From Candidatus Zambryskibacteria bacterium RIFOXYC1_FULL_39_10 (lineage in GTDB: Bacteria; Patescibacteriota; Minisyncoccia; Phycocordibacterales; WO2-35-19), in NCBI GenBank assembly GCA_001824275.1, contig MHWW01000002.1, positions 13,266 through 77,265 on the forward strand: a stretch of DNA of 64,000 nucleotides, written 5' to 3'. The translations under genes and the position numbers were made by a program. Positions 21,739 to 31,537 of this stretch are shown here, piece after piece. A model generated the notes under the pieces. The model had not been told where the DNA came from. It searched no databases and saw nothing but the letters and a program-made list of their open reading frames with translations. Position 1 is the stretch's first letter; each line of letters begins with the position of its first letter.

Positions 21739-22425
21739 TCACACCTGAAGTTCACTCTTCCCAATTCTGGTCACTCTGACTGACGTGCCATCAAATTCCC
21801 CTATCAACCAAAAATGACCAAACTTCAGACCAGCCACGATTGAGCTTTCTTGTCTCGGACCAGTGATGACAAAAATCTCATCAAAATCTTCTTTTTTTGC
21901 CCTGATTTCCGCCCGAAACTCTGATGAGATAAGCCCCACAAATAAATACTCAATTTTCCACAACTCTCCAATATTCTTCTTCAAAAAATGAGAGTACTTT
22001 TGGAGAAATTCTACATCAAACATTGCACCGACAAGCATTTTGTCCGCCACAGACCACGTTGCTGAACTGACTGTAGTGACTGATTCCCTAATAAGAAAAA
22101 GAATGAAGTAGGGATCATTGTTCACATCAGACAGAAGAAAAAGGTTGTGGTCGATAAGTCTGTATCGATCTCGATATTCAAGCACACCATACTCCGCTTC
22201 AAGCTTGGATACCTCTTTTGAAATATCATTGACAGTCAGCCCCTCAACCCCAAACGGATACTGGATTGAGAGAAGCATTTCCTCTATCTTTTTACGAAGA
22301 GAAAGCACCCTTCGGTTTTTCTCTTCAGTGCTCAAAATCTCCTTTGCTTGAGCAACGACCTCCTTGATCATGTTATGATCTTCTTCCTCGCTCATCGGCA
22401 GTGGGTTAGTCATGTTTGACGACAT
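21739..22425 (-). CDS. Hypothetical protein (no recognised domain). It sits where rplB would normally precede rpsS.
   Basis: 228-aa ORF with moderately higher GC than its neighbours. A strong hairpin lies downstream of it. Confidence 0.5.
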   Translation of the reverse strand: MSSNMTNPLPMSEEEDHNMIKEVVAQAKEILSTEEKNRRVLSLRKKIEEMLLSIQYPFGVEGLTVNDISKEVSKLEAEYGVLEYRDRYRLIDHNLFLLSDVNNDPYFILFLIRESVTTVSSATWSVADKMLVGAMFDVEFLQKYSHFLKKNIGELWKIEYLFVGLISSEFRAEIRAKKEDFDEIFVITGPRQESSIVAGLKFGHFWLIGEFDGTSVRVTRIGKSELQV

Positions 22426-22544
22426 GATGGGTTTCTCCTTCCAAAAACAAACTACATTTTTATTACATATTTGTCAAACCACCCTTCATTAAAAAACAAC
22501 TGAAGTTATTTTTTTATTCAGGATGAATTCGCATACAAGCGAAT

Positions 22545-24320
22545 TCACATTCTTTCAGGAACCTTAATTCCGAGGAGGTTGAGGCCGGATTTGAGAGTGA
22601 GGGCGACAGCTTGAGTGAGGGCGATTTTGTAGGGCGAAGTCGGGTCATCTTCGTCTATTATTTTGTTGCTGGCATAAAAGCTATTGAATATGGAGGCAAG
22701 CTCGGTCAAATAAGTGACGATGTGGTGTGGCGCATACTCAATCCCCGCCCTCTCTACTGTTTCTTCAAATTTATACAAATGCCTTTCAAGTTCTGTTATT
22801 TCCCAAGTTTCTGGAATTTGAATTTTGGATTTTGAATTTGTTTCGGATTTCGAGTTTAGAATTTCGGATTTTGCCTTTTCGAGCACAGAGTTAGCTCGAA
22901 CACACGCATATTGAAGATATGGCCCTGAATCTCCTTCGAAAGAAATCGATTTATCAAAATCAAAAATAATATCCCCGCCAATCGCCTGTCTTAATATGGA
23001 ATACTTGATTGCCCCAATCGCCACTATCTCAGTCATTTTTTCTTCTTCCTCTGCTGTCATTTTTACCCTCAACGACAAATGTTTTAAGGCTTTAATTTTT
23101 TCTTGCACTTTTGCTTTTATGAAATCAATGAGAAATTCGGCGGAAATGACATCTCCCGTTCGGCTAGACATTTTTCCCGAAGGAAGGCGCAACATTCCAT
23201 GAGAGAGATGTTTAAGCTTCCCCTTAAGCCCAGGTATTACTTCTCCAATTGCTACTTCAGTTACACCAAAAAATGCATCTTGTTCGTTGGCAGTAATAGT
23301 AATTGATTGGTTATAATCATATTTTTCTTTTTTGAGTTTAGCTAGTCCAACTTCTTTGGCTTCATAAGTTGTTATACCTTCCGAATTTATAAAAACTCGA
23401 GTATGCGTTTTGGGTTCAAAATTTTCTCCTCTGAAAATAACAGCGCCCCCCTCCCCATTCTCAAAAATTTTACCAACATTTTCCAAAACAATCTTTTTTC
23501 CTATTTCCCCCGTTTCACTTTCATAAAAATGATCGTCGAAATGACTACTGAGTAATTTATATATGTATTCAAAATTATCTATAGAAAATTGTCTAGCACT
23601 CTTGTATAAATAACTTATCCAAGAATTATTATTCTCATAAATTTCTTTGTTGATTTTCAATATATTTTCTCTATCAATTTCATCTTCTTCATACATCTTA
23701 TATCCATAAGCATATGCATTATTTATATATTTTCTTAATTGGTCATCTTCGGTAAAAACCATAAGCTCTACTTGTTCTTTCTTGGATTCAACTTTGTTTT
23801 TTATTTCTTCATACACTTTATGCTTAGAAAGCTCTTTATCTAGACCGTACACTGCTTTTGCGACATGAAGCCCAACATCACCATGATAACCCACAGCTTT
23901 TGTCTCAGCTCCATTTGCCTTTATAATTCTAGTTATCGATTCCCCTATCGCATTATTCATCAAATGCCCAATATGAAATACCTTAAATGGATTAGGTTGA
24001 GTATGTTCTATTATTATTTTTTTATTTTCAAATAATTTACTTTCTCCACATTTTTCTCCTTTGTTTAAAATCTCTTCAACCGATTTAGCAAAAAATTCTT
24101 TTGATAAATAAAAGTTTATAAATTTTCCAACCACTTCGATTTTTTCTATTTCTAGAATTTTATTTTTTTCTAATCTGTCGGCTAAGTCTTTTGAGTTTTC
24201 ATTAATAGAGAAAAAAGAAAAATCTCCATTTTTAATATCCTTAGGATGTGCCAGTACAAAATCCCCCCCCAACTTTAAGGTCTCCTTTATCCATTTTTTT
24301 ATTTTTTCCTGTATGTTCAT
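22545..24320 (-). CDS. argS: Arginyl-tRNA synthetase.
   Basis: Class I HIGH motif (HIGHLMNNAIG), KMSSRTG, and a C-terminal DALR-like anticodon-binding region. Start trimmed to MNIQEK. Contains an in-frame 7-mer AT-rich tandem repeat at 22813-22873. Confidence 0.8.
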   Translation of the reverse strand: MNIQEKIKKWIKETLKLGGDFVLAHPKDIKNGDFSFFSINENSKDLADRLEKNKILEIEKIEVVGKFINFYLSKEFFAKSVEEILNKGEKCGESKLFENKKIIIEHTQPNPFKVFHIGHLMNNAIGESITRIIKANGAETKAVGYHGDVGLHVAKAVYGLDKELSKHKVYEEIKNKVESKKEQVELMVFTEDDQLRKYINNAYAYGYKMYEEDEIDRENILKINKEIYENNNSWISYLYKSARQFSIDNFEYIYKLLSSHFDDHFYESETGEIGKKIVLENVGKIFENGEGGAVIFRGENFEPKTHTRVFINSEGITTYEAKEVGLAKLKKEKYDYNQSITITANEQDAFFGVTEVAIGEVIPGLKGKLKHLSHGMLRLPSGKMSSRTGDVISAEFLIDFIKAKVQEKIKALKHLSLRVKMTAEEEEKMTEIVAIGAIKYSILRQAIGGDIIFDFDKSISFEGDSGPYLQYACVRANSVLEKAKSEILNSKSETNSKSKIQIPETWEITELERHLYKFEETVERAGIEYAPHHIVTYLTELASIFNSFYASNKIIDEDDPTSPYKIALTQAVALTLKSGLNLLGIKVPERM

Positions 24321-24321
24321 T

Positions 24322-24744
24322 TTATTTTCCAGTACTACCAAAACCATGTTCCCCCCTTTCGGCTTCTGATAGATTTTCTACTTCCTCAATATCTACATAT
24401 TCTACCTTTTGAATTAACATCTGCATTACTTTATGTCCTTTTTCAAAAGTATATGATTCTTTACTTAAATTTATCACACCCATTACAAGTTCACCCCTAA
24501 ACCCGGAATCAATTACCCCCGCCAAAACCTTTATCCCATGATTAATCGATTTGCCTGATTTGTCCCAACATAAACCAACACAACCTTCCGGTATTTCTAC
24601 TGCAATACCGCTTCTTATTCTCGCAATTTCCCCCGGCTCAACTCGTACAGTTTCCAGTGCGAACAAATCCATGCCAGCATCGCCATGATAATTGTAAGCA
24701 GGTAATTTGGCTTCTGAATTTAATTTTTTAACTTTTAATTTCAT
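24322..24744 (-). CDS. dut: dUTP diphosphatase.
   Basis: 140 aa with dUTPase motifs (AGMDL, a GxxDxGYRG-like region). Confidence 0.85.
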   Translation of the reverse strand: MKLKVKKLNSEAKLPAYNYHGDAGMDLFALETVRVEPGEIARIRSGIAVEIPEGCVGLCWDKSGKSINHGIKVLAGVIDSGFRGELVMGVINLSKESYTFEKGHKVMQMLIQKVEYVDIEEVENLSEAERGEHGFGSTGK

Positions 24745-25268
24745 TTTAATTTTTTGAAAAGCTCGTAAGCAGTCATGGCACCATTTAATGCTCGATGTAC
24801 TGGTGGTTCAGGTGGGATACCAAACATATTACAAGCCGTCTTGAGACTCCAACTTTCATTTTTAGCTAAACCTTTGTCCCATGCGATTGAAAGCAAATCC
24901 AAACGATGATAATCCATCGTGTCCTTGACTCCCGTTTTTCTAAAAGCATCATTCATAAAACCCCAGTCAAAAGTAGCATTGTAAGCACAAAAAATCGCAT
25001 CATGAGTTTTGTCGGCAAAGATTTGTAAAGCTTCTTTGAGCGAAACAGCATCTTGCCAATCTTCTTCTTTATAACCATTTTTAGCAATAGCCGCTGGTAC
25101 AGCATTTTCAATATTAAGTGGTTTAATTTTTACATTCAAAGTATCAACTATTTCAAAAGTATTTTGATTAAAGACCACCAAACCAATTTCTAATATTTCG
25201 TGCACTCCAAAAATATCTCCGCTAGTCTCCAAATCCGTCATCGCAATTTTCCTATCATTTGCTTTCAT
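24741..25268 (-). CDS. DEDDh 3'-5' exonuclease (DnaQ / DNA polymerase III epsilon-like).
   Basis: Exo I motif MTDLETSG, Exo II FDWGF, and Exo III HRALNGAMTAYE. Confidence 0.75.
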   Translation of the reverse strand: MKANDRKIAMTDLETSGDIFGVHEILEIGLVVFNQNTFEIVDTLNVKIKPLNIENAVPAAIAKNGYKEEDWQDAVSLKEALQIFADKTHDAIFCAYNATFDWGFMNDAFRKTGVKDTMDYHRLDLLSIAWDKGLAKNESWSLKTACNMFGIPPEPPVHRALNGAMTAYELFKKLK

Positions 25269-25318
25269 TATAAATATGATACCAAAATCTTACACTTTCT
25301 ACATCTACATCACTTTCT

Positions 25319-25352
25319 CACGGTCGTGAGTATTTGATGTATTGAAAATTTG
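25319..25352. repeat. Direct repeat copy 1 (core CGTGAGTATTTGATGTA). Includes the palindrome CTCACG-GT-CGTGAG.
   Basis: A 17/17 identical core plus similar flanks is also found at 26036-26069. The two copies bracket the PaaX-like gene. Confidence 0.7.
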
Positions 25353-25364
25353 ATAATGACCTGA

Positions 25365-25946
25365 CTACTTTAGACCAAAATAATCTATTATGTCTTCATC
25401 TGCCTCCAATGTATCAACTATCATATAAAGTAGATCCTTCCCTATCTCAAGATCTGCTTTAAGTAAAATTATAAGTTCTTCACAATCATAAGGATAAATC
25501 CAAACACTGTCTTGTAATCTTCTAAATCCAACAGATACTAAGGTTGCTCTTATTTGATCCCTGACAAATCTTAAATGTTCTGGAATATCAAATATAAGCA
25601 CTCTCCATTTTCCATCCCATTTTTCTTTATTTATTTTTGTTTTTTTATAAAAAGTATTTCTTGCAAGAAAAAACCTTCCTTTGGATGTGATTTTTAATTC
25701 GCTATTTTTTAATTCCATCATACCTTTATTGATTAGTCGTTTGCGAGAAACCTCTATGGACTCCTTTTGTCTAAAACCCGGAATCATCTTGGCACGCTTC
25801 ATTGCCAACAGTACTTTTGGAGCAACCAGTCCTACACTAATAACACCTGCAACAGAAACAGTTTGCAAAATAATATTCTGAAGATTTTTTCTTTTGCTTT
25901 TACCCTCTAAAGTCTCTTTTATTTTTTTATTATTAATATTAATCAT
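25365..25946 (-). CDS. PaaX-like C-terminal domain protein (putative transcriptional regulator with a hydrophobic N-terminal segment).
   Basis: Contains WDGKWRVLIFDIPEHLRFVRDQIRATLVSVGFRRLQDSVWIYPYD, matching the PaaX_C pattern. Confidence 0.5.
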   Translation of the reverse strand: MININNKKIKETLEGKSKRKNLQNIILQTVSVAGVISVGLVAPKVLLAMKRAKMIPGFRQKESIEVSRKRLINKGMMELKNSELKITSKGRFFLARNTFYKKTKINKEKWDGKWRVLIFDIPEHLRFVRDQIRATLVSVGFRRLQDSVWIYPYDCEELIILLKADLEIGKDLLYMIVDTLEADEDIIDYFGLK

Positions 25947-26035
25947 TTTATAAGCAGCATTTATCTTTGTTGAATTTATAAAAATCTAACCAGAAGTAAT
26001 GTAAAATAAATAATATCACACCCATCAATTTTATA

Positions 26036-26069
26036 CGACCGTGAGTATTTGATGTAGTGAATTTTTATA
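26036..26069. repeat. Direct repeat copy 2 (core CGTGAGTATTTGATGTA).
   Basis: See copy 1 at 25319-25352. Confidence 0.7.
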
Positions 26070-26097
26070 TATATTGTATTGCAATTTTATTGTATAT

Positions 26098-27294
26098 CTA
26101 ATGAGATCTTAAAATTTTATCTATTTTTCGGGCAATCAAGACAAAATCTTTTTCTTTTTTGCCTCGAGTCGTTTCAGCCGCAGTGCCCAGTCGAATACCT
26201 GACGGATCCATCGGCGAGCGAGTCTCATTTGGAATAGTGTTTTTATTTACAATAATGCCGTTTTTTTCGAGAACATCGCTCGCCTCTTTGCCCGAAATAC
26301 CCTTACCTTCCATCCAAGTATCCATAAGTATTAGGTGAGTATCAGTGCCACCAGAAATTATTTTCCAACCCAACTTTTTTAATTCTTTAGCCAAAGTATC
26401 GGCATTTTTTATAATCTGTTTGGCATACTTTTTAAAAACAGCAGTATCAGCTTCTTTAAGCGCCACAGCTACCGCGGCTATTTGATTGATGTGCGGCCCA
26501 CCTTGAAGACCTGGGAAAACCGCTTTGTCTATTTTTTTATTAATTTCTCTTGAGTCAATTTTACTAAAAATCATTGCTGAACGCGGTCCTCGCAATGTTT
26601 TATGTACCGTGGTAGTCACTACATCCGCATAATCAAAAGGCGAAGGAAGCGCTTTGCCCGCCACCAGTCCCGCGAAGTGTGACATATCTACCATCAAATA
26701 TGTTTTTTTGTTTGGATCAGTGTGTTTAATACTGTCAACAATTTCTCTAAACTTTTTAAAATCAACTTTTCTTGGGTAAGCGGTATACCCTGCAACAATA
26801 ATGTCCGGCTTTTCAGCTATCGCTATCTTTTTTATTTCTTCATAATCAATTTGTTCTGTATTTTTATTTACTCCATACGGTACTTGAATCCAAAATTTTC
26901 CCGTCGCTGAAACTTTGTGGCCATGGGTCAAATGCCCGCCATGATCCAAACTCATTCCCATGATCTTGCCCTCTTTTGGTACTAGTGCTAAATAAACAGC
27001 GAGATTTGCTGGCGAACCTGAAAGTGGCTGAACATTAACTGCCCATTTTTTTGAATTAAGGCCAAAAAGTTTTAGGGCTCGCTCTTTACACAAATCTTCA
27101 ATTTTATCTACAAAAGTTTGCCCACCATAATACCTTTTGCCTGAATATCCTTCAGCATATTTATTAGTAAGCTCAGACCCAAGCGCCTCTAAAACATCCT
27201 TGGAAACATAATTTTCCGAGGCAATCAAATTAATGACCCTTTTTTGTCTCTTTTTTTCCGCTTCTATTAATTTTTTGATTTGAGTGTCTTTCAT
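26098..27294 (-). CDS. glyA: Serine hydroxymethyltransferase.
   Basis: 398 aa with the PLP-binding region (TTTVHKTLRGPR) and a typical SHMT N-terminus. Confidence 0.9.
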   Translation of the reverse strand: MKDTQIKKLIEAEKKRQKRVINLIASENYVSKDVLEALGSELTNKYAEGYSGKRYYGGQTFVDKIEDLCKERALKLFGLNSKKWAVNVQPLSGSPANLAVYLALVPKEGKIMGMSLDHGGHLTHGHKVSATGKFWIQVPYGVNKNTEQIDYEEIKKIAIAEKPDIIVAGYTAYPRKVDFKKFREIVDSIKHTDPNKKTYLMVDMSHFAGLVAGKALPSPFDYADVVTTTVHKTLRGPRSAMIFSKIDSREINKKIDKAVFPGLQGGPHINQIAAVAVALKEADTAVFKKYAKQIIKNADTLAKELKKLGWKIISGGTDTHLILMDTWMEGKGISGKEASDVLEKNGIIVNKNTIPNETRSPMDPSGIRLGTAAETTRGKKEKDFVLIARKIDKILRSH

Positions 27295-27369
27295 AGTAGT
27301 TTTATTATCATCTAAACTATATAAAAAGCAAATATTGAAATCAAATTACTTGTAGGATATGATGTAAAT

Positions 27370-28281
27370 ATGAAATCATATAAAAATCGTACTCCAGATA
27401 ATCAATATCAGCAAATGCTCAAAAACATTCTAGAAAATGGTGTGCGTACTCCAAGTCAGCAGGGTGTAGATGCCCTAACTCTGTTGGGTCCAAATGCAAT
27501 GCATTTTAAACTTGAAAATGGGTTTCCTGTGATTACTGAACGTAATATGAACCCAAAGCCTTCAGAGTTTTTACCAGTCACAGTGTGGCAACAAGCTATA
27601 GCTGAAATTTGTGCTTTTATTAATGGCGCTAGAACACAAAAAGAGTTAGAGGAATTTGGTTGTTTCTGGTGGAAATCTTGGGTTACTCCAGAAAAATGTG
27701 CCAAACGCGGATTAGAGACCGGAGACTTAGGCCCAGGATCATATGGTGCCGCTTTCCACGATTTTCCTACGGCTGAAGGCAAACCTTTTAATCAATTTAA
27801 ACATATAGTTGAACAAATTATTGAGGAACCACAATTACGAACTCATTTTGTTAGCCCATGGATTCCCCAATACACTGGTCGCGGCAAAGGAAAACAACAA
27901 AAAGTTGTGGTTTGTCCTTGTCATGGCTGGATAAATATCCGTATCATTGAAAATAAACTTACCCTTCATATGATGCAAAGGTCGGGAGATGTACCCGTTG
28001 GGGTGCCTTCAAACATGGTCCAGTACGCAGCTCTTACCATGATGCTCGCTCAGGTGACAAACACCATTCCGTACGAATTTATACACAGTATTTCAGATGC
28101 TCATATTTATGTAGATCAGATTCCAGCAGTTGAAACAATGCTCGCTCGAGAACCAAAACCCTTCCCAACAATGACACTCAATAAAAATAAAAAAGATTTG
28201 TTTGCCTTTCGTAAAGAAGATTTCGAACTATCAGACTATGATCCACATCCAGGAATAAAAGGTATCCCTGTTGCTATATAA
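27370..28281 (+). CDS. thyA: Thymidylate synthase (ThyA type).
   Basis: Catalytic VVCPCHGW plus MQRSGDVPVGVPSNMVQYAALT (the PCH...QRSxD...N motifs). Confidence 0.85.
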   Translation: MKSYKNRTPDNQYQQMLKNILENGVRTPSQQGVDALTLLGPNAMHFKLENGFPVITERNMNPKPSEFLPVTVWQQAIAEICAFINGARTQKELEEFGCFWWKSWVTPEKCAKRGLETGDLGPGSYGAAFHDFPTAEGKPFNQFKHIVEQIIEEPQLRTHFVSPWIPQYTGRGKGKQQKVVVCPCHGWINIRIIENKLTLHMMQRSGDVPVGVPSNMVQYAALTMMLAQVTNTIPYEFIHSISDAHIYVDQIPAVETMLAREPKPFPTMTLNKNKKDLFAFRKEDFELSDYDPHPGIKGIPVAI

Positions 28282-28282
28282 C

Positions 28283-28771
28283 ATGAGCAAAGAAAATAAA
28301 TATGTAAATCTATCTGCGGTAAGAAGAGAAGACCAAAGAGAGGTAATGGAAGAAATAAAAAGACAAGGACACTGCCCGTTTTGTCTTGAAAATTTACAAA
28401 AGTACCACAAAAATCCTATCTTAAAAGAAGGTAAATTTTGGATTTTAACCGAAAACCAATGGCCATACAAAAAAATAAAGCACCAACTACTCGCTATTTA
28501 TAAAACTCATATTGAGCACCTGAAAGAAATAGACCCAGAATCTGGCAAAGAACTTATTGAAATGTTTGCAGAAGAGGCAGAAAAAAGAAATATGAAGGGT
28601 GGTGGAGTCGCTATGAGGTTTGGGAGCAATCCAGAATATGGCAATTATGGAAGTAGTGTCCTACATATTCATGCCCACCTTGTAGAACCTGATTTAGAAA
28701 AACTGGAGGAAACCGAGGCGTGGAGATTTAAATTTGGAGAACCTAAAAATTATAAAAAGAGAGTTGGATAA
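28283..28771 (+). CDS. HIT family protein.
   Basis: HIT motif HIHAHLV and an N-terminal CPFC pair. Confidence 0.7.
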   Translation: MSKENKYVNLSAVRREDQREVMEEIKRQGHCPFCLENLQKYHKNPILKEGKFWILTENQWPYKKIKHQLLAIYKTHIEHLKEIDPESGKELIEMFAEEAEKRNMKGGGVAMRFGSNPEYGNYGSSVLHIHAHLVEPDLEKLEETEAWRFKFGEPKNYKKRVG

Positions 28772-28775
28772 GATG

Positions 28776-28803
28776 AAGGCCTCGCACAGTGCGAGGCCTT
28801 TCT
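28776..28803. terminator. Terminator hairpin between the convergent HIT genes; likely bidirectional.
   Basis: GGCCTCGCA-CAG-TGCGAGGCC followed by TTTC. Confidence 0.6.
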
Positions 28804-28821
28804 GAAAGTTTGACAATCAGG

Positions 28822-29436
28822 TCATTTAGCTGTTTTGGGCGGCTCTAGATTGTCTTGAATGAGCTCAAATTCTGCCACGGTAAGCACATCATAGGGGTAA
28901 CGGCGACCAGCCTCTTCCGCAACGCGATACTTCTCGAAAGCGCGCAGCACTAGTAACTTCTTTTGCAGGTCTGCTTCTGACTTCGCGATTGTCACCTCTA
29001 CCCGATCTTTCCCAATCGGAAGATGGAAGTTGAAATGAAGATGAGGAACGCTCTTGGCATTCCGTCTCGGATCTCCCGTGCGAATCATCCACACACCATC
29101 ACCACCGACTCCCAAAGTGTTATGGGCATAGTTGAGCACCTTTTTGAAATCCACCCACTCTTGGTCAGTCAACTCCAAGATGTTTTCGATATGACGCTTA
29201 GAAGGAGCGGTCAGTTGGCACTCCTGTCCAGACCGCGGCGCCACATCATTTTTCCAGAGTCGCCACGAATTGTCTTCGTAAAGAATTCTGTTGCGGTTGG
29301 TATCGATCTGACAGAACGGGCATTTGCCCGCTTGAAGATCTGAGACTGTCTGTTTGTAATACTGATAGTTGCTCGTATTGAACAACCGCCAGATATCCTC
29401 AGGTTTTACGCCTGGAACTTCAAAAACTGGGTACAT
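28822..29436 (-). CDS. HIT-like / GalT-like nucleotidyltransferase-hydrolase superfamily protein. GC-shifted.
   Basis: CPFC pair plus HLHFNFHLP, a HIT-like His cluster. GC is visibly higher than surrounding genes. Confidence 0.5.
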   Translation of the reverse strand: MYPVFEVPGVKPEDIWRLFNTSNYQYYKQTVSDLQAGKCPFCQIDTNRNRILYEDNSWRLWKNDVAPRSGQECQLTAPSKRHIENILELTDQEWVDFKKVLNYAHNTLGVGGDGVWMIRTGDPRRNAKSVPHLHFNFHLPIGKDRVEVTIAKSEADLQKKLLVLRAFEKYRVAEEAGRRYPYDVLTVAEFELIQDNLEPPKTAK

Positions 29437-29469
29437 AGAGCCATCCTTTCCAAAAACACACTAACATGT

Positions 29470-30306
29470 TTAATGATTTAGGTCAACAAAAATAATCTCA
29501 ACTCCCTTGCTTCTTAAAACTATTTCTTGGTCTAACATTTGATAACCCCCGCTATAATATATTTTTTTGATACCTGAGAAAGCAATCTGCTTCGTACAAA
29601 GCGAACACGGGAAAATGGTCACGTACAAAGTAGCCCCCTCAAGTGAAAGACCTTTACGCGCGGCTTCTGCAATAAGACGTGCTTCGGAATGAATGGCCGT
29701 TGCAATATCTGTACCAATACCTTTATGTAATGTATTGCGAGGATCACCATCTGCATACGGAGAATGTGGAGAAGGCAAATGTTCATTATGAGCAGATAAT
29801 ATAATTTCTCCATCTTTTACAATAGCCGAAGCGACACGCCGCCACCAATCGCTACTTTTTTCTGCCTCTTTTTTTAATTTTTGGATTACTTCTCTATCAA
29901 ATTCATCTCTTGAAATTTTTTGATCTGCTTGCACCGGTTTTTCTTCCATTGATTTGTGTTTATCCCAACGTAAAAAAACATCATCAAAAATAACCTTCTT
30001 TTCTCCAAAAAATTCTGTTGCTAAATCAATGCAGACATCCTCATCGGGCATAATAATTTCGATCGTTTCTAATGATTTAAGACCTTTTTCTTCAAGAATT
30101 TCAATTTTTTTAAACATTTTCCAACTCTCTATTGCCCGCTTTACAAGATTGGGCGAAAGTTGCCGGATTTCTTTGGCAAGGTAATCATATTTCTTGATAA
30201 GAGAATCGCCAAAAATATAGAGGGTGTCCACATCTGTGTGCCGCTCAAAAAATTTTCTATACCCCTGATGTAGTACGGGTACATAAGCAATAATAACTTT
30301 TTTCAT
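29470..30306 (-). CDS. dCMP deaminase (CMP/dCMP deaminase zinc-binding domain) fused to an uncharacterised roughly 150-aa N-terminal domain.
   Basis: C-terminal HSEARLIAEAAR...TLYVTIFPCSLCTKQIAFSGIKKIYY (H-x-E...PC-x2-C). The N-terminal domain is unrecognised. Confidence 0.7.
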   Translation of the reverse strand: MKKVIIAYVPVLHQGYRKFFERHTDVDTLYIFGDSLIKKYDYLAKEIRQLSPNLVKRAIESWKMFKKIEILEEKGLKSLETIEIIMPDEDVCIDLATEFFGEKKVIFDDVFLRWDKHKSMEEKPVQADQKISRDEFDREVIQKLKKEAEKSSDWWRRVASAIVKDGEIILSAHNEHLPSPHSPYADGDPRNTLHKGIGTDIATAIHSEARLIAEAARKGLSLEGATLYVTIFPCSLCTKQIAFSGIKKIYYSGGYQMLDQEIVLRSKGVEIIFVDLNH

Positions 30307-30321
30307 CTCTTGTTTAATATT

Positions 30322-30921
30322 TTAACCCCCCATTTCATCGAGCGTATCTTGAATTGTCTTCAAGATCTTGGGAGTGAGAGCTTGCCCTAACTTTTTGGCA
30401 GTACTAATTTGAAGTCTTCTGATTTTTGCGCTAGTTGTCGTGGTAGCCATAGGTTCTAGGACAAATACTTTGCCACAATATTTCTTGAGTTCCTTTAGTT
30501 GTTTATTGTTATAGGTTTCTTTGGTGGCGATAAGAACATCCGGACAAATTGCTTTTATCAGACTCCATTTAGGATCATTCAGCTCTTTGAGAAAGACCAA
30601 ATCAACATATCGAAGGTGAGTTAGCATTTCTATTCTTTCTTCTTGGGGTACAACAGGTCTTTCAGGACCTTTTCTTTTTTTTATTTTTTTATCGCTATCC
30701 ACTCCCACAACAAGAAGATCCCCGTGCTTCTTAGCCTCTTTCAAATACCTACCGTGTCCAACATGGATCATATCAAAGGATCCCTGAGTCAAAACAATGT
30801 GCATACCCAAATATTTACAGTGTTCAATGAGGCCCTTAATCTTTTTATAGTCATTCAACGCCTTTCCACCAAAACTCAGATGAGCGTATGCTCCTTTATC
30901 TATGGGGATGTTATTTTCCAT
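30322..30921 (-). CDS. Nucleotidyltransferase of the cytidylyltransferase superfamily (resembles RfaE domain II, heptose-1-phosphate adenylyltransferase).
   Basis: HxGH motif GSFDMIHVGHGRYL, LLVVGVDSD, and a C-terminal ISTAKI-like segment. Confidence 0.6.
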   Translation of the reverse strand: MENNIPIDKGAYAHLSFGGKALNDYKKIKGLIEHCKYLGMHIVLTQGSFDMIHVGHGRYLKEAKKHGDLLVVGVDSDKKIKKRKGPERPVVPQEERIEMLTHLRYVDLVFLKELNDPKWSLIKAICPDVLIATKETYNNKQLKELKKYCGKVFVLEPMATTTTSAKIRRLQISTAKKLGQALTPKILKTIQDTLDEMGG

Positions 30922-30976
30922 GTGAGTATATTATTAGCTTTCCGTTCTTTTGGCAAGCTGATATACTTTTATATAC

Positions 30977-31474
30977 ATGAATAAACCGGTAATAAGCATA
31001 ATCGCAGCTATAAGCGAAAAGAAGCGTGCTCTTGGATTTAAAAACAATCTCCTCTGGAAAATTGAGGGTGATTTGCCGAGATTTAAAGCTCTGACTAGCG
31101 GTCATGTAATAATAATGGGAAGAAATACCTATATATCAATTGGTAGACCTCTTCCAAACAGAACAAATATAGTCATATCTCATATCGGAGATGAAGGTAT
31201 TGCTTCTGCTGAAAATCTTATTGTTGTAGATTCAATAGAAAAAGCACTAGAAGAAGCAAAGAAAATAGAAAAAGAGGAAATTTTTATAATTGGTGGAGGA
31301 ATGATTTATAAATCATTTATTGATATCGCTGATCGTTTATATTTGACAGTAGTTTATGATGAACCCGAAGCTGATGTCTTCTTCCCCGATTATTCTCAGT
31401 TCAAAAAAGAAATACAAAAAGAGGACCACCTTGAGAGCAATCCTCCATTTTCTTATGTAATCTTCGAGAGATAA
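30977..31474 (+). CDS. folA: Dihydrofolate reductase.
   Basis: Contains ISIIAAISEKKRALGFKNNLLWKIEGDLPRFKALTSGHVIIMGRNTY, typical of DHFR. Confidence 0.85.
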   Translation: MNKPVISIIAAISEKKRALGFKNNLLWKIEGDLPRFKALTSGHVIIMGRNTYISIGRPLPNRTNIVISHIGDEGIASAENLIVVDSIEKALEEAKKIEKEEIFIIGGGMIYKSFIDIADRLYLTVVYDEPEADVFFPDYSQFKKEIQKEDHLESNPPFSYVIFER

Positions 31475-31537
31475 CGAAAGATTCTCTCAAAAATTCTGCG
31501 GTTTTTGTCCTTTGTGCAAATCGGCGTCCCACGTATA

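Noticed and set aside
25365-25946. Cas2-like protein (W..VLIFDIP...R...L...G.R.Q.SVW pattern).
   Set aside because: The pattern equally fits the PaaX C-terminal domain, which shares the fold. The protein is 193 aa with an N-terminal hydrophobic region, and there is no cas1 or repeat array nearby. I called it PaaX-like instead.
28822-29436. Calling the second HIT-like protein a galactose-1-phosphate uridylyltransferase.
   Set aside because: It is only 204 aa, with a single half-site-like His cluster (HLHFNFH) and one CPFC pair. Too little evidence for a specific GalT assignment, so I kept the generic HIT-like superfamily call.
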